63,123 nucleotides of DNA, filler included, from Dirinaria sp. TL-2023a (GCA_051941275.1; 49 parts of 49 records of this genome joined end to end with filler, not necessarily neighbours in it); one strand, 5' to 3'. Counted from the first letter of the whole stretch, positions 11,833 through 26,065 are shown. The notes: generated by a model not told the origin, from the sequence alone. A program made the numbers and translations.

Positions 11833-12336
11833 AAGAAAAAGGTGTCCCGCTTCAAGAGCGCTCGTAATAACGCTGTTAGACCAACCAGTAGCGGCGAAGA
11901 ATCTCCTATACCTAAAGCCAATATCCAAAGTACTGGCCCCGTAGCGGACAAGATAATAGAGCGGCCTATCGCCACATCCTCGACGGACAAACCTCACTTC
12001 CCACCACCACTTTCGGAGCCCCGAGCTCCTCGGCCAACACCCACTGGACCACCAGGTCGCCCACATGCCGACAACATCATCGAGCGCCCCTACTCATCAA
12101 CCGCAAACCCAGATCACTCTCCCTCAGAGCCGGATGAATTAGACCCGGCCCTCCTCCAACACCAAGCAGTGATTGCATATCATCGGCAGCGCAACCGGCT
12201 GATTCACAAGCAAGGCGGCTTTCTGCGTCACGACGAAGATGACGAGGCCGAGGTGCCCGTGGACGAGAACGGAGAGGAACAGGGCAGGAAGGTAAGTCGG
12301 TTTATGGCCGCCAGGCTGGGTGGGAAAAAGGGGTAA
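11833..12336 (+). CDS. BUD27: C-terminal part of a Bud27/URI-like unconventional prefoldin (DUF3835 repeats)
   Basis: Two KVSRF(K/M)xAR motifs with IIERP and AYHRQRNRLIHKQGGF. Confidence 0.7.
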   Translation, partial: KKKVSRFKSARNNAVRPTSSGEESPIPKANIQSTGPVADKIIERPIATSSTDKPHFPPPLSEPRAPRPTPTGPPGRPHADNIIERPYSSTANPDHSPSEPDELDPALLQHQAVIAYHRQRNRLIHKQGGFLRHDEDDEAEVPVDENGEEQGRKVSRFMAARLGGKKG

Positions 12337-14445
12337 AAGCAGCTCCAAATAAGGTTTACCGGCATGGCAGTATTATAACCTGCCACTTTTTCTTTTCGTA
12401 CCGCTTCGCTCAGTTATCACTACTTATCGTTATCCCTTTATCAAAAGCACCAGTTCCTTTCCTTCTCTGTTCTATCCAATAATCAATTCCTCGAAAGTCA
12501 AACTTTTCTTTTCCCTCATATATATCTCACATAATCCTACGCGCCTCACCACCGTACACATCAGGAATCCCAAGAAAACCCCCCTTACAGCAAAAGAAAA
12601 AAAAAAGCAAGGTCCGTCCAAACCACGTTCATCCTCCATGTTTGGCAGATCGGACCGAAAAAAAAGGGGCAGCGGAGGGTTCCGAGAGTTAAAAAAAAAC
12701 CATATTTTTTTGAGGGAGGCTCTTCTCTGAGGCCGTGCTCTTTCTTTTGAAACAGTGGGCTTGGCTATTTCGTTTCACCTCCTACATGCATTACTTTACT
12801 TTGTTTAGATAGATAAATATGCTAGGTAGAACTTGCAATGCGAGGGATTTTTCTTTCCGGCTGTTTTGAGAATTTGGTTGGTGAAATCTCGATTGACCCC
12901 CATCGTATTATTCCCTCATATTGTTTCTTCTTCCCCCCTTTAGAAATTACTCATGCACTTCCTCGATGCTATACCACACGACCACCATCACCGCCGGAAC
13001 CTAGAGACACTTGATACTCGAGTACTCAGACTCAAATACNNNNNNNNNNNNNNNNNNNNNNNNNNNNNNNNNNNNNNNNNNNNTTAATTAATTAANNNNN
13101 NNNNNNNNNNNNNNNNNNNNNNNNNNNNNNNNNNNNNNNAGAGAGGGTTCGAAAAAGCAGAGGGTATGAGTGCCATAGCGATTATATACCAACTCAGGTG
13201 GATTTGACCAGAATTGAGGGTGGGGAGGGCGGTTTCAAGGAGGGAAAAAGAGATTGGTAAGGTAGATAAGCGGCATGAAACGCCTCGTAATGTGCGAGCA
13301 ATGTATGGAGCAGAAGTCATGCATAGTGGGGTAAGATCGGTAGGACTATCATCCGAAGTTTGGTTTGCGATGCGATACACGAGCATTTAAAAGTACCTGA
13401 AGCTGCAGTGACTTTGCGTTCTGCCAATAGCTATTTGTAGGTAGTTGTAGCAAAAAAGCAGGCGACAGCAACGTGATTGAGTTTGACCTTATGCTGGATA
13501 CCGCTAGCTCATCACCTCAAACAGTTAGCTCCCTCATATAGCCCTCGAAAAGTATGGGGTTGCCGGGACCCGATCGTTTCAAGCTCTTCCTCTTGGAGGT
13601 ACATATGCATGACGTGACTTCTGCTCCATACTCTTACGTCCTATAGAATCTCGGTGCGGGTAAATGCGAGACCCTGATGACTGTTGAATTGACTGTTGAA
13701 TCCGAAGCTACAGTACGGAGTATGTACAGTAATTATGCTGGCGACTACTGCTGACTAATAGCGACTCTGGTGCAATACCAAGCTCTTGGCGCTTTACGAA
13801 GGGTTGTCTACCTCGCTAGTATAACTTATGCTCGTACCAATACCAAGAACATTTTCAGCGTCCCGTCGCAACATCAACGGAGTTCCAGAGCCGCGTCTGC
13901 AAAGTCTAGATGCCTTTCCATAATGGCAGCCTGTTAGTCGCAGAGTAGCGATCGGCCGAATATAAAACCCTTCTCATTGGCATACCTAGGCCTCTCCCCA
14001 ATGGCACACTTTCGGAGACTTTTCCTTACCTAATCTATTCACTTTGGATAGTTGGTTATGTACCTAGGTAGAGGGGGTTTTTAACGTTAGAAGTAGCTGG
14101 TGTTTGGATGTAATTGTGTAAGCTAAGGTTTCAGGGTTTTTTTGGAACCGGGGTATTCATTCCAGCCAGAGCCGAAACCTAAAGTAGAGGTAATGTGTAA
14201 GGTAGGAATGCATTAATGATGTAAAACAGTCATCGAGGATGGTTGAGTCGTTTGGTGGCTTGATGCCGTCATCTACTAGACTTGGAGGACTTTGTAGATG
14301 AAAGCCTGCTCTGTGTGTATATGTATGCCATGCCACTTATATCTCNNNNNNNNNNNNNNNNNNNNNNNNNNNNNNNNNNNNNNNNNNNNTTAATTAATTA
14401 ANNNNNNNNNNNNNNNNNNNNNNNNNNNNNNNNNNNNNNNNNNNN

Positions 14446-15651
14446 TGAAAGTCTTTCACAGCGATTCTGAAGTCATACATTTCAGTGCTCCAAAAGATCA
14501 AACATCAGATCTAGGATTTCGTTCATGACATTATGCTAAGGTCAAGGGTTTCATACGTCAGATAAAGAAAGATGGCACTGTACGTGACGAAAGCCTTTCT
14601 CAGATCCTCTCTGAAGAAAATAAAGAGAAGAACTTTATTCCTGACTCTGATTGCGGCATGTCATGCATCGATCGGCAATTCCTAGGCAAGAAAGTGCCTA
14701 ACTACATCGCGAAACTCACATCTTCGATCAAGATCCGCGGTGTCGATAATGCGGTTGCGTCGTCATCGAAGTATGTGAATTTGAAAATTTCTCTGCCTGA
14801 CAAGATGAGTCAGGATCAACACTCTGCTGTTGCCAAAATTCGACGTCAGATGCACATAGTCGATGATTTGAAAGCAAACATGCTTATTGACTCTGATATC
14901 ATGAGCCTCGAAGACATGGAAGTTAACTACCCGACCTCGATCATGGCAATCGATAGCTGCAATAATATCAGAGTGCCGATGAGCGTTATCGCCGCGGACA
15001 AGATACACAGAGTAGTAAGAGCTCTTTCTACGATTGTTGTTTCTGCGAATTCTATCATGATGATACCAACACGCCTACGTGGTAAAAGTGATCTACCAAG
15101 TGATAGAGAATTAATGTTTACACCCTATCGGCAAACATCAACGCGATTTGGTGCAGATGGCGACGGAATTCTAAGTCATATTGTTGACGCTAACATGTGT
15201 GCGATGCAAGTCAACAATATCTCGAACGAGTCAGTCACTGTTGCTCGCAATTGCCGCTTAGGCACTGTGCATGAGTATGAGAAAGAAGGCTGCTATGCAG
15301 CAATGTCAGAAGATGCTCACCTTGCTGCCGATACGGCTGACCCCTCTACAATCATGGCAGGAGGTTCAAATAAGCGTTATAGAAGGGCCGCTAACTCGTG
15401 ATTCAAAAAAGCAGTTCATCTGAGTGTTGAGACATTAGCTGCCCTAGATACAAAATCAATTTCTGACATATCGCATACTATTAGCACTTCTGCAACAACA
15501 GATCTTGCGAAAGACTTTCTCAGTCACGATGTGTCTACGATTGCAACATCAGCGATCTCGGAAATCTTTTGCGGAGCATCGTCGCCGATGCAGAAGACAC
15601 TCAATGTCAGCGAAATAATCACACTCACTGACATTACGATATATGACACCT
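14446..15651 (+). mobile_element. Ty3/gypsy pol fragment (aspartic protease region), lightly RIP-mutated
   Basis: DSDCGMSCIDR protease-like motif, HIVDDLKANMLIDSDI; more mutated copy at 43842-44080. Confidence 0.75.
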
Positions 15652-16107
15652 NNNNNNNNNNNNNNNNNNNNNNNNNNNNNNNNNNNNNNNNNNNNTTAAT
15701 TAATTAANNNNNNNNNNNNNNNNNNNNNNNNNNNNNNNNNNNNNNNNNNNNGAGAGAGAGAGAGAGAGAGAGAGATGAAAGAAGAGAATGATGAACGGCA
15801 AAATGTCAAACAAGTGATTTACTGAACTGACTGACTGACTGACTGATTAATCAGATGTCGAGATGAGATGATATTTTTAAGGAGCGAAGCGAAGGGTTTT
15901 ATTTCAAGTTGATAATTATTGTTATGTGAACAGGAGAGCTCGTGATATCTCCTCTGTTTTTTTGAGAGATGGCTTTTTTTTTTCAAATGTGAAGGGGGCT
16001 CAATTCTTTGTTTCTTGCGTAGATAAGGAGAGACAGTTAAGCGTCATTTAGAAATATACAACGTTCAAAGAACCTGGGGATGCAAGGAGGAAAATCATGA
16101 CATGCCA

Positions 16108-16957
16108 TTATTCCAGAACACTCCCTCCAGAATCGGAGGCATTGAAGATCCCACTCTCCAAAATCTCGTCAAAGTCCCGCGCACACCACAGTGTTTTCTC
16201 CTTTTCTTCCGCATTGTAATTCCTTCCGCTAAACTCCCTTATCTGTAGAAGTGGGATACCCAACCTCTTCAAAACCGTACTTATTTCTTCCGAGGAAGAG
16301 TCCGAGGAGGAGGAAGAGGAAGAAGAAAGGATTACGATCCCGATGTCTGCGTTGAGAAGACATCCAAGATCTGTAGCGCTGTCGCCTATATATACCACTC
16401 TCCTTCTTTCTTCTTCTTCGTGGTGGGATGTTAAAGAATTCATAACTCGGAGCTTGTCGCCGGAAGTAAAGATCCCTTTTTCCTCCTCCTCAATCCCCTT
16501 CGGAGAAGAAGAGGGCAGGATTTCATTCGCATAAACCTCAATACCATCCAAAACCTCTCTGTCCGCCGCAGCAGAGAGTATCGAGCGGATCCAAACCGCG
16601 CTCCACGAAGAACTTATAATCCCCCCTTTCTTCCTCCTCCCCACTCCCAAAACCCTCTCCCACCTGCTCCTCATCTCCACATCCCCCCTCCTTACCGCCT
16701 CCTTCGCATGCTCCTCAACCTCAGCCCTCGTGATCCCAGCACGGGTGAAATATTCCCGCCCCCGCGAGAAACTAGCTTCTTCGACAACGCGGAGACTAGA
16801 TTGGTATTCTAGTTCGGAGCGGAGTGAGGTTCGCTGCGTGGCGGGCGTAGGGTAGTTTGAGTTGTGAGAGGCGAGGGACACGGTGTAGGCGTTGCTGAGG
16901 TGCGAGGGGAGAGGAGGCGGCAGGAGGGAGAGGAGGTGCGGAAGGGTGAGGGTTTTG
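16108..16957 (-). CDS. HAD-superfamily hydrolase (Cto1/thiamine-phosphate phosphatase-like), 5' truncated
   Basis: IISSSWS, VYANEI, IFTSGDK, YIGDSATDLGCLLNADIGIVI. Confidence 0.8.
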
Positions 16958-19666
16958 NNNNNNNNNNNNNNNNNNNNNNNNNNNNNNNNNNNNNNNNNNN
17001 NTTAATTAATTAANNNNNNNNNNNNNNNNNNNNNNNNNNNNNNNNNNNNNNNNNNNNATCCTCAACAAGCGCCTTGTCTCATACAGTGGTCTACCTACTG
17101 ACTTCAATTCAAAAAGAAATAACAATGAAGCTAAATCTGATTTTTATTTTTTTTTTCATTTTTATTTCTTATACTACAGTCTATATATATCTGTACATGA
17201 ATATACCAGGAGATTTTCGCCTAAACAAGGCGCGCCCCCCCACAAAAACTAATATTAGAAATATCATCTAAAATAGCACAGATTAATGCAAACTCTACCA
17301 GCAGCTATAATCAAGTGCCCTCCCTATATAGGCATCAGGCATTTGCCTACTTAGGTTGTGTTGGCGCGCATATAACACTCTCAGCCCTATGCCAAGCCTT
17401 GCATGTATTTAACCACACACACCTCCATAGTTCTTACAAAACCAGTCGTCAACTTCAACAGGTTGCCCATCAAAGCAAAGAGAACGAAAGAAATCAAAGA
17501 AAAATCTTATCTAGTAGTGTGTAAATGTTTTAAGGCTGCTTTTCTAATATATAGCCCCTCTTTCGTGAACTTCATAATCTCAACCGAATAGATTCCATGT
17601 AATCCCCCCCCCCACCTTTTTTAAAAAGAAAAAAAAAAAAAAAATACAAATTCGTGCACGTTCGAACATTTATGCGTAGTCTTACTTGTCAGCACGTAAT
17701 TTAATTAGCGTTCATCCCAGCTAGCTAGTTAGCTACAGGACTGGGCTTATAACCTAACCTATGGAAGGGAGGGGAGATTCTCATGAAGTAAGGTAGTATT
17801 TGCTTCGGACCAGCGATTTATACTCCTACAACCAGACAATATTGGAGGGAAAAAAAATCTCCAACCCTATGTCTCCATAAAAGTCGCTCCCCCCTCCCTC
17901 CCTCCTCAAGCACCCCAATCCACCTAACCCTCCAAAAATCCCTTCCACTACACTACCTTCTATCAACCCCGCAATTCCCAACTCGCAAAGGTAAGTACCT
18001 TCCTTACTTCCTAGAATATACATAGATAGTTGATCGGAAGGATTCAAAGCTGCGGGTCGTCTAGGCTGTCTGGATCGCGAATCCAAGATGGGGATGGAGA
18101 TGATGTGGGTGGGATCTTGGTACGGATGTATATCGCACCTGACGCGCGTTGAATGTGCTGGACAGGTTCTAAAAGGTGCCGAGGGATTCCGGTTGGATAA
18201 GTATCATGCATGCATGACTTAAAGCGGTGAGACGGACTCGCTCGCATTGAGTACCTAGGTAGNNNNNNNNNNNNNNNNNNNNNNNNNNNNNNNNNNNNNN
18301 NNNNNNTTAATTAATTAANNNNNNNNNNNNNNNNNNNNNNNNNNNNNNNNNNNNNNNNNNNNCTTGAACCCCGACGGCCGATCAGCCTCATCTAGGCAGT
18401 ATACGTTAGAGTGATAATGCAACAAAAGTGTATTCCTAGGTAGCTTTCGGTCACATCATGATCGCGCGAGGTCTACTGTAGAGCCAGCGACTGTGGTTAA
18501 AGGTCAACCCGAGGGACCGCGTTTATGATATCTACGCGAATCAGTCTACGCGCTCACGTGACTTTGAAACACGCCTGGCTCGGGGGCTCCGTAAGAAATG
18601 ACAACGCTACAACGTCTATGTTGGCCAGTGCTTTGGCGGGCGTTCAATGATTCTGCCACATAAGCTTAGCTCTGGGTTATCATAGCTCCTGGCCATGGAC
18701 TTCTACTACAAAGGGTGAGCTTACCGTCGGTGAGAACTCAAGAATGGACGACAAGTGATCATGCAATTGTCATTTGAATCCCTTGGTAAACGCTCCTAAA
18801 GACGTGATATTTCAACTCCTTTAGCTCTAGCCTACCCCAGCTCTTATTATAAAAGCTTCAGATATATTTTACGTTCGCTCAAAGTGCAGTAGCCAATCTA
18901 GCCTATCTTGGCTTTTCATGTAATGGAGTCTGACCCCAGATTGCTATCCAACGCTGAACTTCTCACTTTCACAGCAAAGACAACCCATCGATCAACAAAG
19001 ATCAATATGTATGAAGGAATATCAATATTCCTGTTGCTCAATGAGCACGAGATTCTCCACACACCCTACTTCTCTAATTCAGCATAAGTATGCGGGTCAA
19101 CCATGCTGCTTGGCCAAACCTTTCAATAGGTTATGAGCCCAGGTCAGTAGCTAACCTTCCTCGTTGGCTTCTCGTGACGGCACCTTGATACGCTTGCCAA
19201 TACAACGAGCATCGGCAGCTCGGTACGCGGCCTTCAGAAGTTAAACTAAGTAAACAGGGGTGGTAGGAGCTTGATCAGAAATGTATACCATGCTGTCAGT
19301 GGACAGCATGGTTGGAAGCATCATGCATTTAATTGTGACACATTCAACTACAACACACTCGACTAAAACACATTTGATTGCGACACGTTCATTTCAAAAC
19401 CAGAATCTTCTTTAACACCAGGAAGAATACTTCTGCCCTCCTTCTCGCCTCAATTCACATTCTCTATTTTCTTTTTCTTCAATATTTTCTGGAAGCGTGC
19501 ATCATGGAGGAAGACGGGTTCAGCAAGATACAGCGTCCCTGTGCGATCCTTACCCGCAAAAATAAGNNNNNNNNNNNNNNNNNNNNNNNNNNNNNNNNNN
19601 NNNNNNNNNNTTAATTAATTAANNNNNNNNNNNNNNNNNNNNNNNNNNNNNNNNNNNNNNNNNNNN

Positions 19667-20377
19667 CCCCCGCACCGCTCCCTCACCACCCACGACGCCG
19701 CCTCCATCCTCAACACCCTAATGACTCAGCACCTCCCATTCTCCCAGACCGGCTACATCGCCCATGGTGGCGACGTTGGCGCCGCCATCGCACGCATGCT
19801 GGGCGCAGGCTACCCTTCTTGCAAAGGCGTGCACATCAATTTCTGCCCGCTACGGAATCCTCCCCCGGCGCAGGACTTAGAGGCGGAGGAAGATCGCGCG
19901 TTGGCGGCCCGCGGCCAGCAATTCCTGACCACAGGCTCGGCCTACGCAATGGAGCACGGCACCCGCACGTCCACCATCGGGCTCGTGCTGTCCAGTTCCC
20001 CGCTCGCGTTGCTGGCCTGGATCGGCGAGAAGTTCCTGCACTGGAGCCACGTCCCGCCTTCCCTCGACACGATCCTCGAATCCGTCTCGCTCTACTGGTT
20101 CACGGGTACCATTCCCCGCTGTCTGTACCCGTATCGCCAGTTCTACGAGGGCGTCGTCAACGGCCATCAGCATCCCAGCTTGTACCTCCGCGGGAAGAGG
20201 TTCGGGTACAGTCTTTTTGCGAAAGAACTTATGCCTAGTCCTAAAGCTTGGGTGGAGACGACGGGCGAGTTGAGCTTCTATAGGAGGCATGACGAAGGCG
20301 GACATTTTGCGGCGCTGGAGAGGCCGGCGGAGATGTGGAGTGATTTGCGGGAGTTTTTGGCTGAGGGCGGGTTCTGA
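19667..20377 (+). CDS. Microsomal-type epoxide hydrolase, 5' truncated
   Basis: AHGGDVG nucleophile motif, VHINFCP, SPLALLAWIGEKF, SLYWFT, GGHFAALERP. Confidence 0.92.
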   Translation, partial: PPHRSLTTHDAASILNTLMTQHLPFSQTGYIAHGGDVGAAIARMLGAGYPSCKGVHINFCPLRNPPPAQDLEAEEDRALAARGQQFLTTGSAYAMEHGTRTSTIGLVLSSSPLALLAWIGEKFLHWSHVPPSLDTILESVSLYWFTGTIPRCLYPYRQFYEGVVNGHQHPSLYLRGKRFGYSLFAKELMPSPKAWVETTGELSFYRRHDEGGHFAALERPAEMWSDLREFLAEGGF

Positions 20378-23300
20378 GCCAATGTGTTTGGATTAGTGTT
20401 CTTGATTCTTCTTTCACAGTGGGACATCAAGATTCAGCAAATTCGTTCCTTTTCCCTTTCACCATTTTTGCCCGGTTTAAAACTATCGATTTTCCTCATA
20501 TAATGCTGCGTTCCAGGGACAAATTCCTCATATCTCTCAATGATCCTCTATTCATATCATCGAATCAACACAAACCCACCAAATATTTACAAGACTAGAT
20601 CTGATGAAACCTGCATCCTCGCACTCGTCTGTCGCTGACTCTATCACTGAGTTCCATAAATCGGTACCTCGCCATGACAGCAATTTTCAGAGCCGTACGG
20701 ATGGACCCACGGACATCAATCACCTTCTCTCTCCCAAAAAAAAAAGTGCACGCGTGCAATGTATTCCAAATCACTATCTAACAATGCAAGATACTTCATC
20801 CAAATCTACTTACTATTCATTCACCCATTCCCTCTCTATCCCCTCCTGGTGCTCCCTGATATTTAAACNNNNNNNNNNNNNNNNNNNNNNNNNNNNNNNN
20901 NNNNNNNNNNNNTTAATTAATTAANNNNNNNNNNNNNNNNNNNNNNNNNNNNNNNNNNNNNNNNNNNNTTTTATATTTTTTTTCTTTTAAAATTGAGAAT
21001 AAAGTTTGAGTTGCAACAAGTTTTCGAATATGACTCGCGAATAAATACAAATTGCTGTGAATCAAAACTATCAACGTTTACGTACGATAAAACAATAATC
21101 AACGACGCATTGATTAATGTTATTCTTTAAAATGATGACGATTTGCTGAAATTAAGTTGTTAATGAATTACGTTCAAAGACAAATCCTGAATGTGCAAAA
21201 CGTCTGCAAATTTGTTCTGATTTTCGTGACAAAAATATTAATATTTGTAACGCTCAAAAAACTTTTCATTTCGATAATCTGATTCTTCTTTAGAGAATAT
21301 ACCTGCACAGCGATCATTATTTCAAGCACGTCATTAACAAAATGATATATCACGTTCGATCAACTTGTAAAGACTTGCTCCTTTCCCAACCATGTACTCA
21401 TTCTAGAAATAGTTGTGGCAGAAATTTTCCTGAACTACGTATTCAGAATGATCAAAGGGCAAAATTGTAGAAAAAAATGAAGGAAACTATCAAAAATCAT
21501 CAAGCGCAACTTAGACGACAATGCAGAAAGAAACAACTCCATCTCGCAACCGAGCGCGTCGATCTCGACTGTTTCATTTTGGAGTTTTAATATCTATGTA
21601 CAACTCACTCAATCAGTATAAGTGCTCGAGTTAAAGACTTCTTCAAGTCGACTGCGTCATTCAAAATAAACGGAGCACTTGAATATTTTTTTAGAGAAGA
21701 TTCAGCTGCTCTTTTTTCAAACATGACAGGGCTAAATGAGACTTTGCAGTTCTTATGAAATTGGCGATTTCTTTTAGCCTCGACGCTTACGCATCTGAGG
21801 GATGTAACGTCGTGTTATTGCTCTTTCAATGTCATACATCAAAGTTCGAAGATGAGATTCGACAATGGAGAGTTACGGGGAGGTATTTAGGGTAAGAACT
21901 ATAGGGAATCCACGCGAGCGATAAAACGCGGCAGGAAACTTCAGAACCAGAACAAGCTGAGATCGACGTCATTCACCTTCCCGTTTGAATCCAGATGTGT
22001 ATCGCCTGTTCAATTCTCGAACAGCAACCAAGCTCATATGTTCTGGGTCATTGAAGGATAGATCGATCGACACTCGCTATGGAGGAATTGCATAAGGTGA
22101 AACTGAATAAAGAGAGTGGTGTGTGGGAAGAATGCGAAGCAGATGAGAAAAGACAAGGAAGCAGAGAAANNNNNNNNNNNNNNNNNNNNNNNNNNNNNNN
22201 NNNNNNNNNNNNNTTAATTAATTAANNNNNNNNNNNNNNNNNNNNNNNNNNNNNNNNNNNNNNNNNNNNATTCACCATTATCCTTTACATATCATGTATA
22301 TATGCACCCCGCTTGTCAAAGTCTGAGAGAAAGAAAGAAAAAGAGACAAGAATTACAAGTCCGAGTTGACCATAGATGCAACCTACGTACCTATGGAAGA
22401 ACTAATAATGTAAGTAAAGGCACATACATACATAAGGTAGGCAGGAAAATAATACATGCTCACTACAAAAGTGGGCTACCTACCTTACCCAGTAGTGCCC
22501 ACACAGAAGCCGCCGGGCAAGGGGCAGTGCAGTCAAAACAGGGGCAGGCCAGGCCGCAACCCTGGAATTAATAATACCGTGATAATAATAATAATGTCAC
22601 GGCTAAAAACCATGCTCTCTATATGCCTGCCTGCCTGCCTCATAACACCTCCTCCTCCTCCTCCCTTTCCCCCAATTTTTGGGGGAAAAAAAAAAAAAAA
22701 AAAAAAAGGGGGGGGGATTAATGCACCAAATTACCCCCCATTAGAAACTTATAAAAAGGAAAAAATAGAAAGGGAAAACCGACCTCTCACAGTTTTCCCG
22801 CTTCCCTTTCTTTTCTCTTCTCGCTTCTCTCTTATTACATTAAAGAAAGCAAAAAACAAAGGCGGGAAAAGGGCAAACGATATAAAACAAGCGACCTACA
22901 TGTACTCGTAATTGAAATACGAAGCTCCTCCTGAAGAATATTGATGATCATGACGAGGTACATACTTATATGACATACCTTAGAGAGGTAATAAACAGAA
23001 AGGGAATTCCAATTTTCCTTCTCGGTACTAACTTAGATGGACTTTTTAACTGTGACTCGCATGCAGTACACGCAAAAAGCACATGCGCTTAATAGAGTGG
23101 AACTAAGTGGTTGTTTCCCCCTTCAGGCCACATTACTATTCTCCTCGAAAAACGACTCCTAATCTACCTTACTGCCAGTGCTGTCAGACCTTAATAATAA
23201 ATACCCACGATGAAGGCAAAGATTTAGTTCTTGCTATCAGAAGGAAAAAGATAAAACCAAGTACTGAAGGCTTTTTTCCCCACCCAACCCACGCACACAC

Positions 23301-23649
23301 CACGCTATGAATCGCTAAACTAACTTTGAAACAAACATCAATGATAAAAGGCAGTGGTTATCGAAACCCTCTAGGACTAGGGGCGGGCCGTGAGGCCGGT
23401 GGGATGTATGTAGTTGGTCATGAATCTTTTCGATTCGTTAGGTTTTTTTTTTTGGGTTGGGGAGGGAAGNNNNNNNNNNNNNNNNNNNNNNNNNNNNNNN
23501 NNNNNNNNNNNNNTTAATTAATTAANNNNNNNNNNNNNNNNNNNNNNNNNNNNNNNNNNNNNNNNNNNNGATCAATTTCGCAGACATTCGCATACAAAAG
23601 TCTAAAACGGAATAATCTTGTTTCAGCTGCAACAGGGACGTTGCTTATT

Positions 23650-23941
23650 GAAGGGGGGGGTAATGTCATGAATCAGACCCCTATGAGCCTGATCACATGA
23701 TTGCATGAACTCTGAAGCAGAGTCTCTAAATATCACATGTGTGTGGAAAGATCTATATTAAGTGTTTTGCTAGAGGTGTTGTGTTTTTGTCTGATCAGAT
23801 TTAGCGTTCTCGGATCGGTGTTGTTCCGATCCCACATTTAAACCTACCTGTATTTAGATTTCCTTTTCCTTTTCTTCTTCATAGATAGTGTCCTAGTCTA
23901 TTTGTACCCATATGTTATTGAGCGCTGTGTAGGCCCTGACA
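23650..23941 (+). mobile_element. Polypurine tract plus 3' LTR of family E (LTR 23664-23941)
   Basis: GAAGGGGGGGG-TAA-TGTCATGA...CCCTGACA; 3' half homologous to the reverse complement of 33061-33150 and 54221-54267. Confidence 0.85.
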
Positions 23942-24768
23942 ATCAGCATTCGTCGCTAATCTCGCATTTACGAAAGAAGTATGATCAGACTGACAAAACT
24001 CTGTTCGAGAATGCGAATTCCTTGATTGCTTTATCGAAAATTTTCATGAATATTTTGCAAGAGCCGAGTTTGAAGAATGATTATTTAGTTATCGACGCTC
24101 TTGACGAATGTCTCGTTCATCGATCGCAATTTCTGAATCTGATTATTCGAATGTCATCTTCTTGCGACGTGAAGTGAATTGTGTCTAGTCGCAACTGATC
24201 AGCAATTGAGAAGTGACTAGAAAAGGCAGATGAAAAAACGAGACTATCGCTTGAGCTTAACGCACAGTTCGTTTTCACAGCTGTTAACAAATACATTGAC
24301 GATAAAATTCATAAACTAGCTTCTACAAAGAAATATAACAATAGAACAACGAAGTCTGTTCAAGATTATTTAGTCTCGAATGCGAATGATACATTTCTTT
24401 GAGTTGCTTTGATCTGTCAAAATCTAGCAAACGTTTCGAGAACAACAAATTCTTTGAGAAGTCTAAAAACATTTTCTTCGAGTCTTGAACATTTATATCG
24501 GCGAATAATTCAATCAATATACGATTCAGAAAATAGAGATCTTTTAAAGCAGATACTTGCGTTAGTCGCGTTGATATATCGATTTATTATTATTACTGAA
24601 CTAATATCTCTCATTGAGATATCAGAAGACGTTGCGAATGATGCAATCTTATTGAAAGAGCTCATACAGAAATGCGACTCGTTTCTCATCACACGAGAAA
24701 ATATCATCTATTTTGTTCATCAATCAGCTCAAGAATTCATCTTACAAGATGTATCACATGAGATATTC
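23942..24768 (+). pseudogene. HET-E-like NACHT (fungal NLR) fragment, RIP-inactivated and interrupted by LTR E
   Basis: Walker B YLVIDALDEC, K*IVSSRN*, LSLELN, ANDTFL*VALICQNL, YFVHQSAQEF; stops are TGA at conserved Trp positions. Confidence 0.88.
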
Positions 24769-24901
24769 NNNNNNNNNNNNNNNNNNNNNNNNNNNNNNNN
24801 NNNNNNNNNNNNTTAATTAATTAANNNNNNNNNNNNNNNNNNNNNNNNNNNNNNNNNNNNNNNNNNNNGTTCTATCTTTTATTTCAGTTACAGTTAACAC
24901 T

Positions 24902-26065
24902 ATGTTCAACGACACTCCTTTGCAGAATCTTTCGAAGAGCTTTGTTCGTTTCAATGATCGACAAGATCTACTCAAGCTCGATCAATTTCAAAATCACGAC
25001 GAACTCAAAGTCGCTATCGAACGTAATCTCGACGTTTACATTAAACTAATCGATACTCTTGTTGACAATCTCAATCAAATGACAACTCATGTCACTGCGT
25101 TGATCAATGACGTCAATCAACGCATGAACGAGAAGAATGAGCTTGTGCAAGATCTTCAAACGTATCATACTGTCGAGCATACTCACAAAATCAAGCGAAG
25201 CGTTATGCATCTCGACTTTGACAAATTCGATGACATCAATCGCAACGAGCTTCGCTCATTTATTTTCGCTTGTCGAATCAAGCTTGAGCGAAATCGCGAT
25301 CATTTTACTGATGCAACTAAAGAATCAGTTTTTCGCAACATGATTTTGTATTTGAACTCTCGATTGAGCGAATTCGCGACTGATCAGATTCTTTTACTGA
25401 TTGAAAAAGATTTCTCGACTCATGACATAACGATGATCAATACTCTCGAAGATTTATACATTTGATTGAAGAACACTTTTGATGACTCGAATCGTACTCG
25501 AACAGCGCAACAAAAAATTAAAAATCTTCGTCAAGAAAATCGTTCTTATATCAAGTATCTCGTCGAGTTTCAAAAATACATAATGAACACTGACTATAAT
25601 CAAACAGCATCAAGAGCTGCTTTTATCGATGATCTTTCGATTGAACTTCAGAGCGCTTTAATGTTCAATCTCGTCGAAGCCTCGTTATCTTTTCAGCAGA
25701 TACAACAAGAGTGTAATCGACTGAAGAATGATCTGAAATCGATCGCGAGCAATCTTTATTATCATCATACGTCATCAAACAAGCGATCGACTTTCACATC
25801 AAACATCTTCACTATCGCCGCGAGAGCTAGCTCGCTTAGCACAGCTCGAATCGAAACTACTTCTATCATCATCACTGACGAAGAAAGTGCTATGAATCTG
25901 TCAGTCGACAAAACTCGTCGATCATTCACGAAAATCGAGAAAATCGTCAATCGAAAATATCGTCGCGACAATAATCTCTGCTTGTACTGTGATGTCAACG
26001 ATCATCACGTTGACACTTGCTCTAAAGCTCGTAAAGTCAGCGTTCGAGCAGTCTCAGTTGAAATT
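24902..26065 (+). mobile_element. Ty3/gypsy gag, RIP-decayed
   Basis: Retrotransposon gag core (FDDSNRTRTAQQKIKNLRQ), MNLS motif, CCHC knuckle CLYCDVNDHHVDTC; TGA at 25463-25465. Confidence 0.85.

Noticed and set aside
19819..20305. Overlapping 139-aa and 142-aa ORFs
   Set aside because: GC-rich shadow frames of the epoxide hydrolase.
23942..26065. Alternative genetic code (TGA=Trp) suggested by TGA at Trp positions
   Set aside because: The same regions lose Gly and Pro codons through transitions, and intact genes use TGG for Trp and TGA as stop; RIP explains it.
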